36,304 nt of DNA from Basidioascus undulatus (taxonomy: Eukaryota): positions 1-36,304 of the forward strand of contig JTLS01000101.1 in NCBI GenBank assembly GCA_000826855.1, written 5' to 3'. The stretch's first letter is position 1. Every line of letters begins with the position of its first letter. Shown piece by piece: positions 1 to 15,242 of the stretch. The position numbers and the translations under genes are program-made. The notes below the pieces were generated by a model, which saw nothing but the letters and a program-made list of their open reading frames with translations, was not told the DNA's origin and did not search any database.

Positions 1-3057
<3,057 letters not shown>

Positions 3058-5175
3058 AGCGATTGATGACCGGCTGTAGCGGGCGCGTACACCACGGCCC
3101 GCTGCGTGCTCGGGAGCGCACCGCTCGCGGCGGCGTGCGGCGTGGTGCTACACCTATGCGACTTTCTTGACATTCTCCTGTTCCTCCATACCCTGCTTCG
3201 TTTTCTCTTTCGTCGTAATCTTCATTTGTGCTCTTCCCTTTCGGTCTGTGGTTTTGAGGTACACACAACTGCCTGAGACTACTGCTTCTGGAACATTGCT
3301 TGGACGAGGATGACCGATATTGCGTGTGCCACTATCACTTTGGGTGTAACACCATCACTTTCCCAGTCAGCGGATACGCATGCATGCTTGAATGTCCTCG
3401 CTAACATAGTAAGGTCGAGTTTACTGCCTCATTCAATCTGTTTGTCCGCTCTGCATACAAGTACGTCGGGGCCAAGCACACACTTCGCTACTCCCCGTCG
3501 CCTAATGTAGGCCCCCGAGACATCTTCGATGTATTGCGTAAAAGCAAGGCGCCAGTGCAGGATGCCTGCATGACGAAATGGGAGGGTGCTTCGAAGATGC
3601 GCTGAAAACTAATCTGTTTCGTAGGTATCGCCTGTAAGGGTTGTTAAAGCAGAAGTTAAGGGGGCCATTACATATCTGGAGCAGTTCGCTAAGGATGGCT
3701 GGGTGATTTCAGGCTGGCCCACGGACGCCCATCATATTCTGGCTGGAAGAAACATGGAAGGGAATTAGGAAAAATGCACCGCCGACCTATGGGAAGTCAT
3801 CCCCTAATAGACAGTCATAGTTCGTGTCCACTTTCCCGCAATCACATTGCTCTTCCACCCACATTATTCTTTCAATCTTTCACACAAACACTCCACCTTT
3901 CACTCCTTCGCATTGTTGCTCTTCCAAGCCATGATAAGAAGGCCCTTCTTCGTCTCTACTTTCCTTTTCACCCAAGTCGAACTTGCTCTCTGCTCAGTGG
4001 CTGAGTTGCTGTTCGGTTCCGATATTACATGCCGGGCCTTGCAGAAGAACGGGGTTCAAATATAAATTGGCCTATTTGTCAGCAAGTTGGTGGCCTTTCT
4101 TCACCGAGTTGACGGTCTGGCTCGCCGAACGTGCGACAGCCAAACTGTTACATTGCATGCAGTGAGATAAAATTGCAACAATGCTACAAAATACTGGCCC
4201 AAGACAGAGTCATAAAGCAAAGCAGAAGTCATAGAACACATCATTCCGGTGGTAGCATAACGACTGAGGCTTGCTTAGGCCGTTCCCCTCAAATGCAATA
4301 GCAGCAGCAGCCTTGATTGACTGCCGCTGCGCCCTGCTGCTTGGAGTGCCGCACTCGAACTGCCTGTGCCAGCTTGCGTTAAGGAAATAGGAGTACTATG
4401 GTCAAAATTCAGGGGCTGAGTGCAATGGTTATCCCATATGTGTCAGTAAGAGATTCGCAAATCTCGCATGCGACAAGCTGACGACACTAATGCGACAAGC
4501 CCAGTTCCAAAGAGGTCCACACACCAGCCAGCTGCTTCATCTCACTTTTGAGAACAAGGCTGCCCCCCCCCCCCAGTTACACACTTGTACACGTCCCCCA
4601 CGTACTATAGGCGCCCACGCTCAACGGACTCAATGTCGGAGCAATGCGAACTGCGCGAGCGTGCCGGACTTGAGCTACTGCGGCAAGAGGTTGAATATGA
4701 CAGACTAGGACCACATATAACAACAAAAAAGGCAACTTTTCCAGGTTGCAATGGATGCTTACAGCGTTCATCCCCAGACGACAGCAGTCGTCCAGACCAA
4801 TTGCTTATGGGAGGCACAAGCAAAAGACTGTCACCGCTTTTAAGACATGCGATTTTCTGAATGCGGATTGCCTGCTGTGTAAGCATGTTGGCGAGTTGGC
4901 GACACAAACTCCGCCCATGCGACAAGCATAATGCTGCATGGTGCTGCCACTCGGACGCCTCGATCCTGTACAAGAAGGCAATGCGAAGGCCAAGTTTACG
5001 ACAATAAGTTTGAGTTGAGGAGTTAGCTGCATAGAGCCGACGCGCTTCACAGTGGCCGCTCGAGCCACTGTCAAACGAGCACACACACTTCACGCATCTA
5101 GCATCTCTTCGTCGACTTTGGGGGCACACACTTCACGCATCCGACGAAGATATATGGAGATGTATGCAGAGACAA

Positions 5176-7303
5176 TCACACAGCGCCGCGGAATACTCTT
5201 CCTTTCCCGAAATAAGCTGCCCTGGGGATACCGCTCGCATCGTAGTGATAAACGGAGAAGCGTGATCCTCCGTCCGTCTCACCCGGCAGGGCATGACGCT
5301 TGCGACGTGCAACCGGCCGCGGCGTTGAGGCGAGCGAGGCAGGATCAAACGACGGCACGACGTAGTCGAAGTCGTCTTCGGACGGAAAGCACTGTCTTGG
5401 AGAAATCGGCTCTGTGGACGAAGGACTGAAAGGCCGGGGTCACTTAGTTACGCCGGCTTGGAAAGAACGAAAACGCGCGACAGCGACAAGGTGTGAACAT
5501 TACGCACCCATAGCCGACCCAAGCGAGGACACCGATGCCCATCTCACTAAGCCAAGAAGTCGAGGAACGTAGCAGATCGATCGGTGTCAAGGTGAACCAT
5601 GTCAGGAGCGACCACAGATCTGGAGCGGAGGCGGGCACGTAAGCCGACTCTGGCGCATGCGGTGAAATAGTACTCTGTAACCGTTGCATGTCCCAGTCAG
5701 CAAGTGTGCAAGATGCCCGGTGTCCTCGGGCGAACGCACCGCAGTGACATCATCTCCCGCAAGAAACGACAGCAAGACGCCGCTGGCGGTGTTGTGACCC
5801 TGTGCGGGCGAATCGGCGAATCTGTCGTCCTTGCCATGCGCCGCTTCACCAATGGCGAGCGAGTCGAGCGCGTTGATGGCGGCGGCGAAGCCTTCCTGGT
5901 TCGAGCCGTCCGGAAGCTGGAACGATCGCCGCCTGGACGCCACGGAGCCGCCGTCGTGCGCTGTCAGGAATGTCCCATCGGACGAGCGGCTGCGCGCGCG
6001 AGTCGTGCTCCCCGCCGAGCCCGCCCTCGCATGTGAGCGCGAGCGGTGGGGCAGAAAGCCCGTAACTGGGTGCAGGGTGTCGAGGCTTGCCGAAGAATCC
6101 GTGGATGTGTTTCCAGCGCGACGAGAACACTCGTGCTCGTCCCGGGGGCGGCTGAGACCACCAAGATCCGTCGCCGCACGAGCGGCGTCCGCGTCCAGAA
6201 CGCGATGGTAGGCTCCGACACCGTCGTTCCAAAGCTCGTCGTCGAAGTTGGGCAGCTTTACGATGTCCGAAAACTTGGGATCGTCGTCGTCGAGGAGCTC
6301 GCGGTCGAGCTTGCGAAGCGCGCTTAGCAGGCCATAGTCAGGATGACTAGGTATAAACGCCTCATCGTTCTGCGTCGGATGGAGACCCTTGAGCCCGCCG
6401 ATGGTGATGTCGAGCTGTTCGGCGAGGTCGTAGTTGGGATCAGGGAGAAGGCGGGATGGTGAACGAGAGGGGGGGTACGGCAGCTCGGGAGCGATGGTGG
6501 ATGGCGCGGCAGAGGATTCCGTGAGGTTTCCCGTAGGGTGCATGCCTTGGACGGCGTGCAGGACTCTGTCGCGAAATGCAGAGTCGCGAGGCGGCCAGTC
6601 CGAGGCGCTGTCGTCCTGAAGCACGACGCCTTGCTTGAGAACGCGTACGACGGAGCCGCTGGACTCATCTACGACAACGACGCTGTTTCGTAGAACCGCG
6701 TCGCGAGGGCGGATAGTGGGGCGCGTGCGGGGAGCTGCGCCGTAGCCGTGAAGCAGCGGAGGTAAGGGAAGGCCGGCGATGAGGTCTCTGAGGGTGGCCA
6801 GGTTGGACGCAGTCGCGCTGCCGGGTTGAAGAGGTTTAAATTTATGAGTATCGTGCGGCTCCTCGCATAAGGGTTGTGGAAGAGGCAGAGACTCGGGGTC
6901 CCAAGAAGACATACCCTTCAAGCCAGAGCGTCCAGACATCGTCCCCAAGCTTCCACCACACGCTCCCCCCCTTGTCGCCGGCGGCTCCCATACCCAGTCC
7001 GGTAAAGCATCTCACGCCGTTCTCCCCGAGCTGCAACCTCGTGCCAGCGACCTGAAGAAACAGTCCGCCGTGGACCTGGCGCGGATAACGCGAGAGCGAG
7101 CCAAGTGCATGCTGCGCAGCGGCGCGAAAGAGAATCAGAGGGCCCGTCGCCTCGATATGCTCGTCGTCCGGGTGCCGCTCGGACTCCGGCAGACCAAAGC
7201 CGAGGTCGTCGATGGCTGTGATGCTGTTCACGCGAGGGTAGACGACTGGGTGAGAGAGTACGAGACGGGCAGATGGATGAGTGTATAGAGGTCTAGCTGG
7301 CAT
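5176..7303 (-). CDS. Uncharacterised protein, roughly 600 aa, 4 predicted exons
   Basis: ORF pieces 6842-7432, 5602-6948, 5444-5689 and 5176-5358 join in frame through three canonical introns (6818-6914, 5675-5739, 5426-5507) with branch-point-like motifs. Probable start MPARPLYTHPS at 7303; an upstream in-frame ATG at 7432 is possible. No family recognised with confidence. Confidence 0.72.
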
Positions 7304-7477
7304 CTTTTGGCGCGGGAAGGAAGTGCAAGGGTGATGAAGATCAGCAGGACGTCCGCGGTGATTGGTAGATGGAAAGTGGAACGGCGAGGATGCGCGACGT
7401 CGTGTGCTCGCCGAGGCTGATAGGGGCTGCATCAGGAGGTCCCAGCGCCGGGGGGAGAGATTGATCTGAAATATTGC

Positions 7478-7511
7478 AGAATTACGAGAATTACGAGCCG
7501 AGAATTACGAG
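7478..7511. repeat. Three copies of AGAATTACG(AG) in a divergent intergenic region
   Basis: AGAATTACG occurs at 7478, 7487 (tandem) and 7501. Confidence 0.8.
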
Positions 7512-8333
7512 CTGAAAATTTGAGGCAAATATCGCAGAAATATCCCTCAGATGGCACTGATTCATGTACCTGGTTGTGTAGATGTGCTGGGTTCACGGTG
7601 GGACGAGGGGAAGAGTGTGCGACGCTGCTAAGGGGTGCAGCTGAGGATGCAGCGCAGCAACATGCCAACATGAGCCCGCCACGTCTTGGTGTAGTGCCAA
7701 AGAAAGGATGCGTTTATGTGTCGATGTCCTGTGTCTTTCATTCAAGCGACGTTCGAAAAATTAGAGACAGCAGTCCTTCTTGCCTAAACACTTGTCAATG
7801 ATGATCGCGTGCGGCCCGCTTGGGTGGATGTCGCCGAAGTCGACTTGGCTCGCTCGCTCTTCACGTCCGACTCCGAACCGGTGTTTGCTCGCGCCCCCAC
7901 CTCAACGTGCTCTCGAGCTGAGCGGCTACAGTTGTGTAGGATCGATGTAACAATCGCAATGCGTTTTGCTCATCCGAAGTGTATACGGCCACGGACCCGC
8001 TCATCGCTTCTACGCAGTGCTACACGGTCCTGTCACTCCAAGCCCCTATCCATCAAAGTGTAGCCCGCTTGGCTGTCTGCTGTCTGGGGCAACCCACGGT
8101 TCGCGCGGCTAGCAGGATCGTTTCACAATCGTTGCACTTTGCGCACTTTGGCTCAAGCTGTTCGCCGATCCCGTAAAGGGGCACTCGCCTCGCTCCTCTC
8201 TTCGAGCCAGCCGTACTCCTCTCTCATCTTCTCTGACCCGCTTAACCTTTTCTCGCTCGCTCATTTCTCACGCCACGTCAACGACCACTCACGACACATT
8301 CACGCTCAACGATAACGACCCCAGAGCGAGGTC

Positions 8334-11300
8334 ATGGGCTCTGTCCATCGCCTCGTCGATCAATTCGAGGCCAGGGGCGGCGACGCGGACAGCCCACTGC
8401 GCACACCTCGCCGAGCTGGTGTTGGCGTCCCTCCGGGTCCCAGTCCCGCCCGCAGCGCAGACGGCGGCGCGCAGGAACAGGAGCTTGAGACTTTGTCGGA
8501 CGACCCGTTCGGGAGCCCGATCGAGAGGTGGCCGAGGTCGAGTCGCGTCCGAGAAGACGCGTCTTGCCCGCCGGCCGTGCGCGCCGCGAGCTCGACCAGC
8601 ACAACCCGTCGACCGCGTCCTTCGCCACTGCCAATCTTCACCGATCCCTTTGGAGACCCTCCCCGTTCCTCTCCTCCCAGGCGCGGATCTCTACCTTCCC
8701 CCACTTCTCCCGGCGCGCCATCCCACCGCTCCTCTGCCCCGCCCAGGTCCATTCTCAAACCCCCGTTCCCAATCACCGCCTTGCCCTGCCCGAATCCGGA
8801 CCCTGCCACTCCACCCGCGACGAACCCGTCCCCCCTCTTTACCGCGTTCGATCCGCCTACCATCTACACTGCATCTCTGGGCACGCTGCCCTCCGCCTCT
8901 TCCACTGTCGTCGGCGACTCCCCCTCCCCGTCTTCGCCAGCCAAACGCCGCGTCTCATTCGCGAGTGACGATGATCTCCCCCTACTCCACGGCACTGCCT
9001 CTGCACCGTCTACAACCAAGCCTTACATTCCCGCGCACGAGGTCTTCCAGCGATCTGCGCCTCGCTTACATCTCCCCGCGCTCGATGTCCACCTCGACGC
9101 CATCCCCGACGCCGACTTCTCCTACCTGCCCGATGGCGAAGTCTTCCCGCCCATGGAGCTTCTTCCTGAGCATCTCACGCTCGAGGATCTCAAGGCGAAC
9201 CACGTGGGCGCTCCGAAGCGCTTCGCTTGGTTCGACATACAGGCACTGCTGAGTACGGCGATCGATGGAGTTCTTGGGGGGGAGGTGCGTGCTCTTGCTG
9301 GAAAGTCATGTTCCTGGGGTGAACAAGATGACTGACAGAAGGCTTACAGGCGTCAAGCTTCGCGTCTTCCGTCATTCGTCTCGAGCTCATCACCGATTTC
9401 TTCCAAATTAACGCCCTCCTCCTCGCGACCCTCGGTAACTTCTTTTCACACGCTATTTTGCCCGTCCACCGCTCACAGCAGCTCCTCCTCTTCAAGTGAA
9501 TCCCCTATCGTCCACTGCGCATTCGGCGTGGCGCAAACTCCTTCTCGGGACGATTCCCAATTTGCTCGCCCTCAACTTCGCGTCCGTGCTAGGCCAGCAG
9601 ATCATCTTCTTGTTCATCTTCCTCGCCCTCGTCGGGCCCGGCCTCATTTACTTCCATCGCATGATGCGGAGCGTCGACCCGACCGGCGGCGGAGTCGTCG
9701 AGGGCTTCCGCGTCGAACGCTGGACCAAGATCGGCCGGTGGTGGCGCGTCGGCAACATCGCTGTCGTATTCATCCTCACCTCGCTGTACCTGCCTTTGAG
9801 CAAGATCGCCGTCGACGCACTGGTACAGTACCTGCACCATGCACCACTCCCTGTCGCGTGGACTGATCCATGCCCTCTCGCCCAGGTTTGGTCCGAGGAC
9901 TATTGGCCAGTTTCAAATCCGTATCTCGACTCGGATTTCCCCGACCTGCCTCCGCTCGGCGATCCGTCGCTCTATCGCGAGCCCCTCGACTTCTGCTGGA
10001 CCACGACGTACGCCTTTGCTTCTTGCTATTATTTTCATTACGCCTAGTCCTGACATGTGCCCTCCAGGATGCGAAAAGACCACTTCAACTATGCTCCACT
10101 TGTCCTCATTGCGGCATCGCTCACCGTGCTCATGGTGAGTTTCTGTCCAACTTTTTCAGCGAGGCGCTGACGTGACGTCCTTCCGCTCGCTGCCAGGTGA
10201 CAATTTGGTTCCCGTGGCGCCTCTACAAGGCGATCGAACGCATGCTTCCCCACCCAGACACGTTTACCGAGCTCGGAAGCAAACGCAGTAAGATCGAGAG
10301 AGAGCAAGAATATCAGAGGTTGCTTCAAGCGGACAAAAATCCGTTCAACTTCCTTTACCGAAGTCAGTCGCTTCTTCCTGGCCCCTCGGTCTAGCAGGTT
10401 TGCTGATGTCTCACCCGCTCCACGCAGATTATCGCCGGAATTGGGGAGCGGTGAGCACGATATTGATCTTGGGTTGGGCGTGCGAGCTGAACGACAGAAA
10501 CGCGTGCGACGGACGCGGCGTTCAGTAGTGCGTTCTTTCTCAGCGACTTTTTCCACTTACCACTGTGCTGACGTCTTGTTTCGTGGAATAGCAAAGCCAT
10601 CTACCTCGTCTACAAGCTTACAACCCTCATCATCACTGCCATCTTCTCGAAGGACAACTGTAGGTCGCGCCTGCACGCTATGACTGAAAAATCTTCGCTT
10701 ACATAAATCATCTCCATCAGGTGCGTTCCGCCAACTCGCACGACAGCCGATTTCTGTTATCTCGCAGGGCGTGCTACTCGGTATCATGACCGTGCTCCTC
10801 ATCTCCCAGTTCTGGGCGTCGCCCTTCCTTGATGCTATCAGCAACAACTCAGAGGTGGATTTTTCTGGCTTCTTTAACCATAACATCTGTACTAACAAGA
10901 GTTTATCCTCCAGCTGGTTTCGAGACTGAATTACTCCAGCACGGCGTTAATTGGGCTGCTCGTCGCGCTCAACGTCAAGGGGAAGGACGTGCTTGGGGGG
11001 CCGATCCTCTACGTGTAAGCTTGGGCTCAACAAGTGGCTGTCTGACGAAGATTGACAAATATGCTCTCGCAGGCTTCTCGGCTTGACCTACTTGATGAAC
11101 ATTTGTGCGCTGCCAGATAACGCAACACGAACACCGATACTCACGGTCGTCCTACAGACTTCACCCTTATCAACACGAGCATCGCGCACCGCTTGGTCAA
11201 ACGTCCGTTTCATCACTTCGCATAGACAAGCATCCTCAGGCAGCAGCGCTAACGCCTTCGCTCATAGGCCTGCAAAAGCGTGTCGACTTCAGTGCGCCTT

Positions 11301-13624
11301 TGCATCCCTTCTTCGCGGCGCCGTGCGGCCCAATGCTCATTGTATTTCCAACAGGCATTGACCTTTATTCGCCTCTTATCGATCTCTCCAAGCACGTCAA
11401 GCGGCGCATCTGGCAAGAGGGCATCTCTACCATTCTCCTCGCCTCCGCCGAGTTCAAGATGAAGCCGGACGAGATCTTGGCCTTCTCCGATGACGATCGG
11501 CGAGCGCCATATCTCGTGGGCTTTAGCGGGTCGGTGGCTGAGCGGCATGTCGAAAATCTGAAGGTGCGTTCGTGCATGGGAACTAGCGGCATTTTCCGCG
11601 GCTTACCGTCCTCTTTGCTGCCAGATTCTGCGGCACGTCGGTATGGAGGCGTACGAGAAGGCCGCCAACCTGGAGAAGGGCCCGCTCGGCCCACGGCTCG
11701 AGAGTCTGCGACGTACCATAGAGCGGAAGTTCATCGGCCCGGACTGCTTCTTCATCCCGACGAAGGCGACGCCGGCGCATACGCCGAAGATCACGACTTG
11801 GTTTGGCAACGCGTGGATGTTGCCGTTTCCTCTTTGCGTGGTACGTCGTGACATTTTCGAAGGGGCCTTGCGCACTGACATTGCTGCACAGGTCATCCGG
11901 TACGACCAGGGCGGCCCTCCTCTCGTCTTATCGACACTGGAGGATATCGAAGCGTGAGTACGGATCGAGGCGCATACGAGGTGTACAGTCGCTCACCGAC
12001 GCCTCCACGCTCAGCTACGTCGAGCAGAACGAACGCGCCGAGATAAAGCGGCGGCGGATGGTCCGCGAAGCGATACGCTCGCTCGAAGGTCATGAGTTGT
12101 ATTGGCCGCACGAGGAGCTGAAAGTTAGTTGCCGCGCCACGCACACTCTTTCCTACCCTATAACTGACCAGCGTCGATGCAGCTTGTCGGCACCCGTCGC
12201 ACTTGCCCCGGTTGGCTTACGACTCCGCATTCCTATGCCCTACAACAACGCGTCGAGGTCTCGCGATGCGTTCTTCGTATCGGGCGCAACAACGCCCCGC
12301 CGACGAACGCTGTGCTACCGTTCAGAGTGCACGTACGTTCCGACGTGGACGCCCAACGCGATGACGTGCGGTTCACCTCCGGCTTCGACATCACGCTGGC
12401 GTACTCCGACGCACCGACCGAGATCGTCATCGACGGTTCGGCCATCGGCCTGGACGAGGAGTTCCGAATGACACCGCTTCTCGCCAAGTTTCTGGACGTC
12501 AACGGGCCCGTCGTCCGCAACAAGCTCGCCGCTGTTCAGATGGAGCTGGGAGACTTCCGACGCTACTTCAATCATTGTGCGTCCTAGCTGAGAGGGTTCA
12601 CGCTTCATGCTTGGCGGTTCAATTTCGGGCTGACACGGGCTGAGGATAGGCAACGAAACGAAGCGTCGGACGCTTTCTTACACCTTCCTCCTCGACGTTT
12701 ACGACCGCCCGTTGTCGCCCGGCAAGGTCGCGGACGCAGTCGAGATGGAAGACAGCATGCTCATTCGTGATCTTCCTAAGCGGCACGCTGCAACGCTGCG
12801 CTTTCTCCATGAGCGCCGCCAAGTCGTCTCGCGTTCGTCCGCATCTTCGCTGTGGTTCCTGTTCTGGGTATGTGACCTTGTTTCCACCAATTTGTGCACC
12901 GCTAACCAAGGCTATCATCTCTCGCAGGACGACATTTGGCGACGGAACCGCATGTCCATCTCGGCATTGCCGAAACACGCGAAAGGCTTCTCGCCGTTCT
13001 ACCCGACCAGCATCTGCTATCGACCGATGTCGCGCCCGCTTCTCGAAGCCTACTTGACGGAGCGCGAGCTGTGGGATCCGGCGAAGCCCGGCCACGGCTT
13101 CTTCCCAGCCGGCCTGCTCAACCGCATCTATTTCACATTGAACGAGACCGTTTTCGGGGGCACAGCAAAGGTGCGTTCCCTTCTGTCTGCCAATTCTTGT
13201 CCGGTGGTGCTGAGAACTGAAATGCCATTGTTGATACGTGCAGGCGATGACCGCTCGCATTGCGGATCACCCTCTTCCCATCCCCGAGCTCGAGCCGTAC
13301 CTCACAAAGCGCACCCACATCGATTCGTCCACGCTTCCGACGACGGTCCTCGGTACCGGCGGTGGTACGGCCTACGACGACGACTCGATACGTACTCGCC
13401 CCGCCTTTGTCTGGTCCGAGCTCGGGGAAGCCGTTGCTACGGAAGACCAGCCTTCCATCAGGGCGCGGGTTTGGACTCGGATGGGCAACTGGGCTCGTCG
13501 ATGGTTCGGCCTACAGCCGTTCCAACGGCGCGGCGGCGAGACGCTGGGCGTTCGCCTGGGCTTGCGCCGAACCGACAGGGGTTTCGAGCTGTGGGAGAGG
13601 AACGACAGCGCGCGGACGCATTGA
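8334..13624 (+). CDS. Large uncharacterised multi-pass membrane protein, about 20 exons
   Basis: Pro/Ser-rich N-terminus (8334-9285), then many short exons joined by GT-AG introns encoding hydrophobic segments (IIFLFIFLALVGPGLIYF; IAVVFILTSLYLPLSKIAV; LVLIAASLTVLMVTIWFPW; IYLVYKLTTLIITAIF; GVLLGIMTVLLISQF; ALIGLLVALNV) and a long soluble C-terminus ending in TGA at 13622-13624. Keeping the frame requires a 2-nt exon at 10526-10527. Confidence 0.85.
10526..10527 (+). other. Predicted 2-nt microexon (TA)
   Basis: Context ttcag|TA|gtgcgt, flanked by introns 10451-10525 (75 nt) and 10528-10591 (64 nt). It restores the frame and yields ...NWGA-Y-KAIYLVYKL. Confidence 0.7.
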
Positions 13625-14072
13625 TGGCCAGACAGGGCTCGGGCTCCCGGCAGCGTTACACTTCTCTCCTCATCTTCTGTTTATTTTTGCATCACAGTAT
13701 CATCACGACATCTCCACGACCTGCACTTTTCGACGACATACCCTTTCGCACGATACCTGTATGATAATTTGTACCATTCCCGCACTGTTTCGCATATACA
13801 TTTGCATCGATCGGCCTGAGTTATCCTGCGCACCATGGCGGCGAGTGCCAATGTTGGAAAGCGCTTAACGTTCTGTGGGGAAATAAACACTAGGTATGTG
13901 CTCGGCACAGCGATGTTTGGCGATGCCTGGGGATTCGAGGGCGGCCATCAGCCTGAAGCCGATAGAAACTTGGGTCCTCCGCCGAAATGCGAAGTTCGGC
14001 GCCTTCGCGCTCCCCACCTCCTTCCTCGACCATCACCTCCCTCACCTCATCCTCACATTATCGCTTATTGCC

Positions 14073-15242
14073 ATGGATATCGATCAGCCGTCCGTCTCTC
14101 AGCCGATCCGAGCTGTGCGCGCGGATCCCAAAAAATCCAAGCGCAAGGCGGACGAGGCGTCTGACTCCGGCTCTGAGCCTGAAATCGTTCGTCGCCTGTT
14201 CACCCCCTTGCTTTCGGCGCACTGACGGGCGCGTCCACTGCAGGACACCGTCGACGTCGATTTCGAGTTCTTCGATCCCGCACCGATCGACTACCACGCG
14301 ATCAAGCACCTTCTGATGCAGCTGTTCCAGAGCGACGCTGAGCATCTAGCGCTCGGCGAGCTCACCGACCTCATCCTGAGCCAACCCCAGCTCGGGAGCA
14401 CGATCAAGGTGGACGGGAAGGACAGTGATCCGTACGCGTTCTTGACAACCATCGATCTCAATACTCATCGAGTACGTTGCTCGCGCGTGCGTCCTGGCGC
14501 ATTGCGGCTTGCGGCCGTGCTGACTCGCTGGCGCTACAGGAACATGCCGCAATCAAGGTTCTCACGGCTTACCTCCTCTCCCGCGCCAAGTCATCCTTCA
14601 CTCCCGATCTTCAAACTGTCCTTCATGCTGCTCTTGAGCCCTCCTCTTCCGCGAAAGTCGGCGTCGTCCTCGGCGAGCGATTGGTCAACATGCCGGTGCA
14701 GCTCATCCCGCACATGTTTCGTATGCTGGCCGAGGAGCTTGGGTCGAACGTGAGTTGAGGACATCTTTCTGGGTATTGGAAGCGGGTGTTGTTGCGCGAT
14801 GCTAAGAAACGCGGTTGTTGCAGGGCCAGCCTTCCCCTTTCACGCACTTCCTTATCCTCTCGCGCACCTTCGCTGAAACTGCCGCGGACCGCGAGTGGGC
14901 AATGGAGGAGGACACTCTTGCCGCGCCTGCTAAAAAGTCCAAGAATGCTAAAAATCCGTCGGCGCTTACGGCGGGCAATTCGCTGTTCTTGTATCATCCG
15001 GAAGACGAGTTCACGGCTCGGGTGCGTCCCCGCTGTCTAGCTGTCCTCTTCAGTCAGGCGAGATTGACGTTGACCGAGTGAATGGACGCCAGTTCGCCTC
15101 CCACGTTGCGGACTATCCTTTCGAGCACTCCGCACCGCGCGGGGAAGACGCTTTTGGCGTGGACTCGCGCGGACGGATGCTGCTGGTGGAAGCAAGCAAG
15201 CTGCCGGAGCTGGTGCAGGTCATGATGGAAGGCTGCTCATAA
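14073..15242 (+). CDS. BCP1: Bcp1/BCCIP family protein (p21-C-terminal region-binding; 60S biogenesis factor), 5 exons
   Basis: Spliced translation contains family motifs VDVDFEFFDP, DYHAIKHLLMQLF, LGSTIKVDGKDSDPYAFLT, GERLVNMP, FTHFLILSRTF and HPEDE. TAA stop at 15240-15242. Confidence 0.93.

Noticed and set aside
3630..3810. Telomerase-RNA template-like words (CAACCCTTA on minus, CCCCTAA on plus)
   Set aside because: Neither matches about 1.5 copies of a telomere repeat; insufficient evidence.
7798..7921. Possible C/D box snoRNA (ATGATGA ... CTGA)
   Set aside because: No terminal stem and no rRNA-complementary guide I could recognise; such boxes occur by chance.
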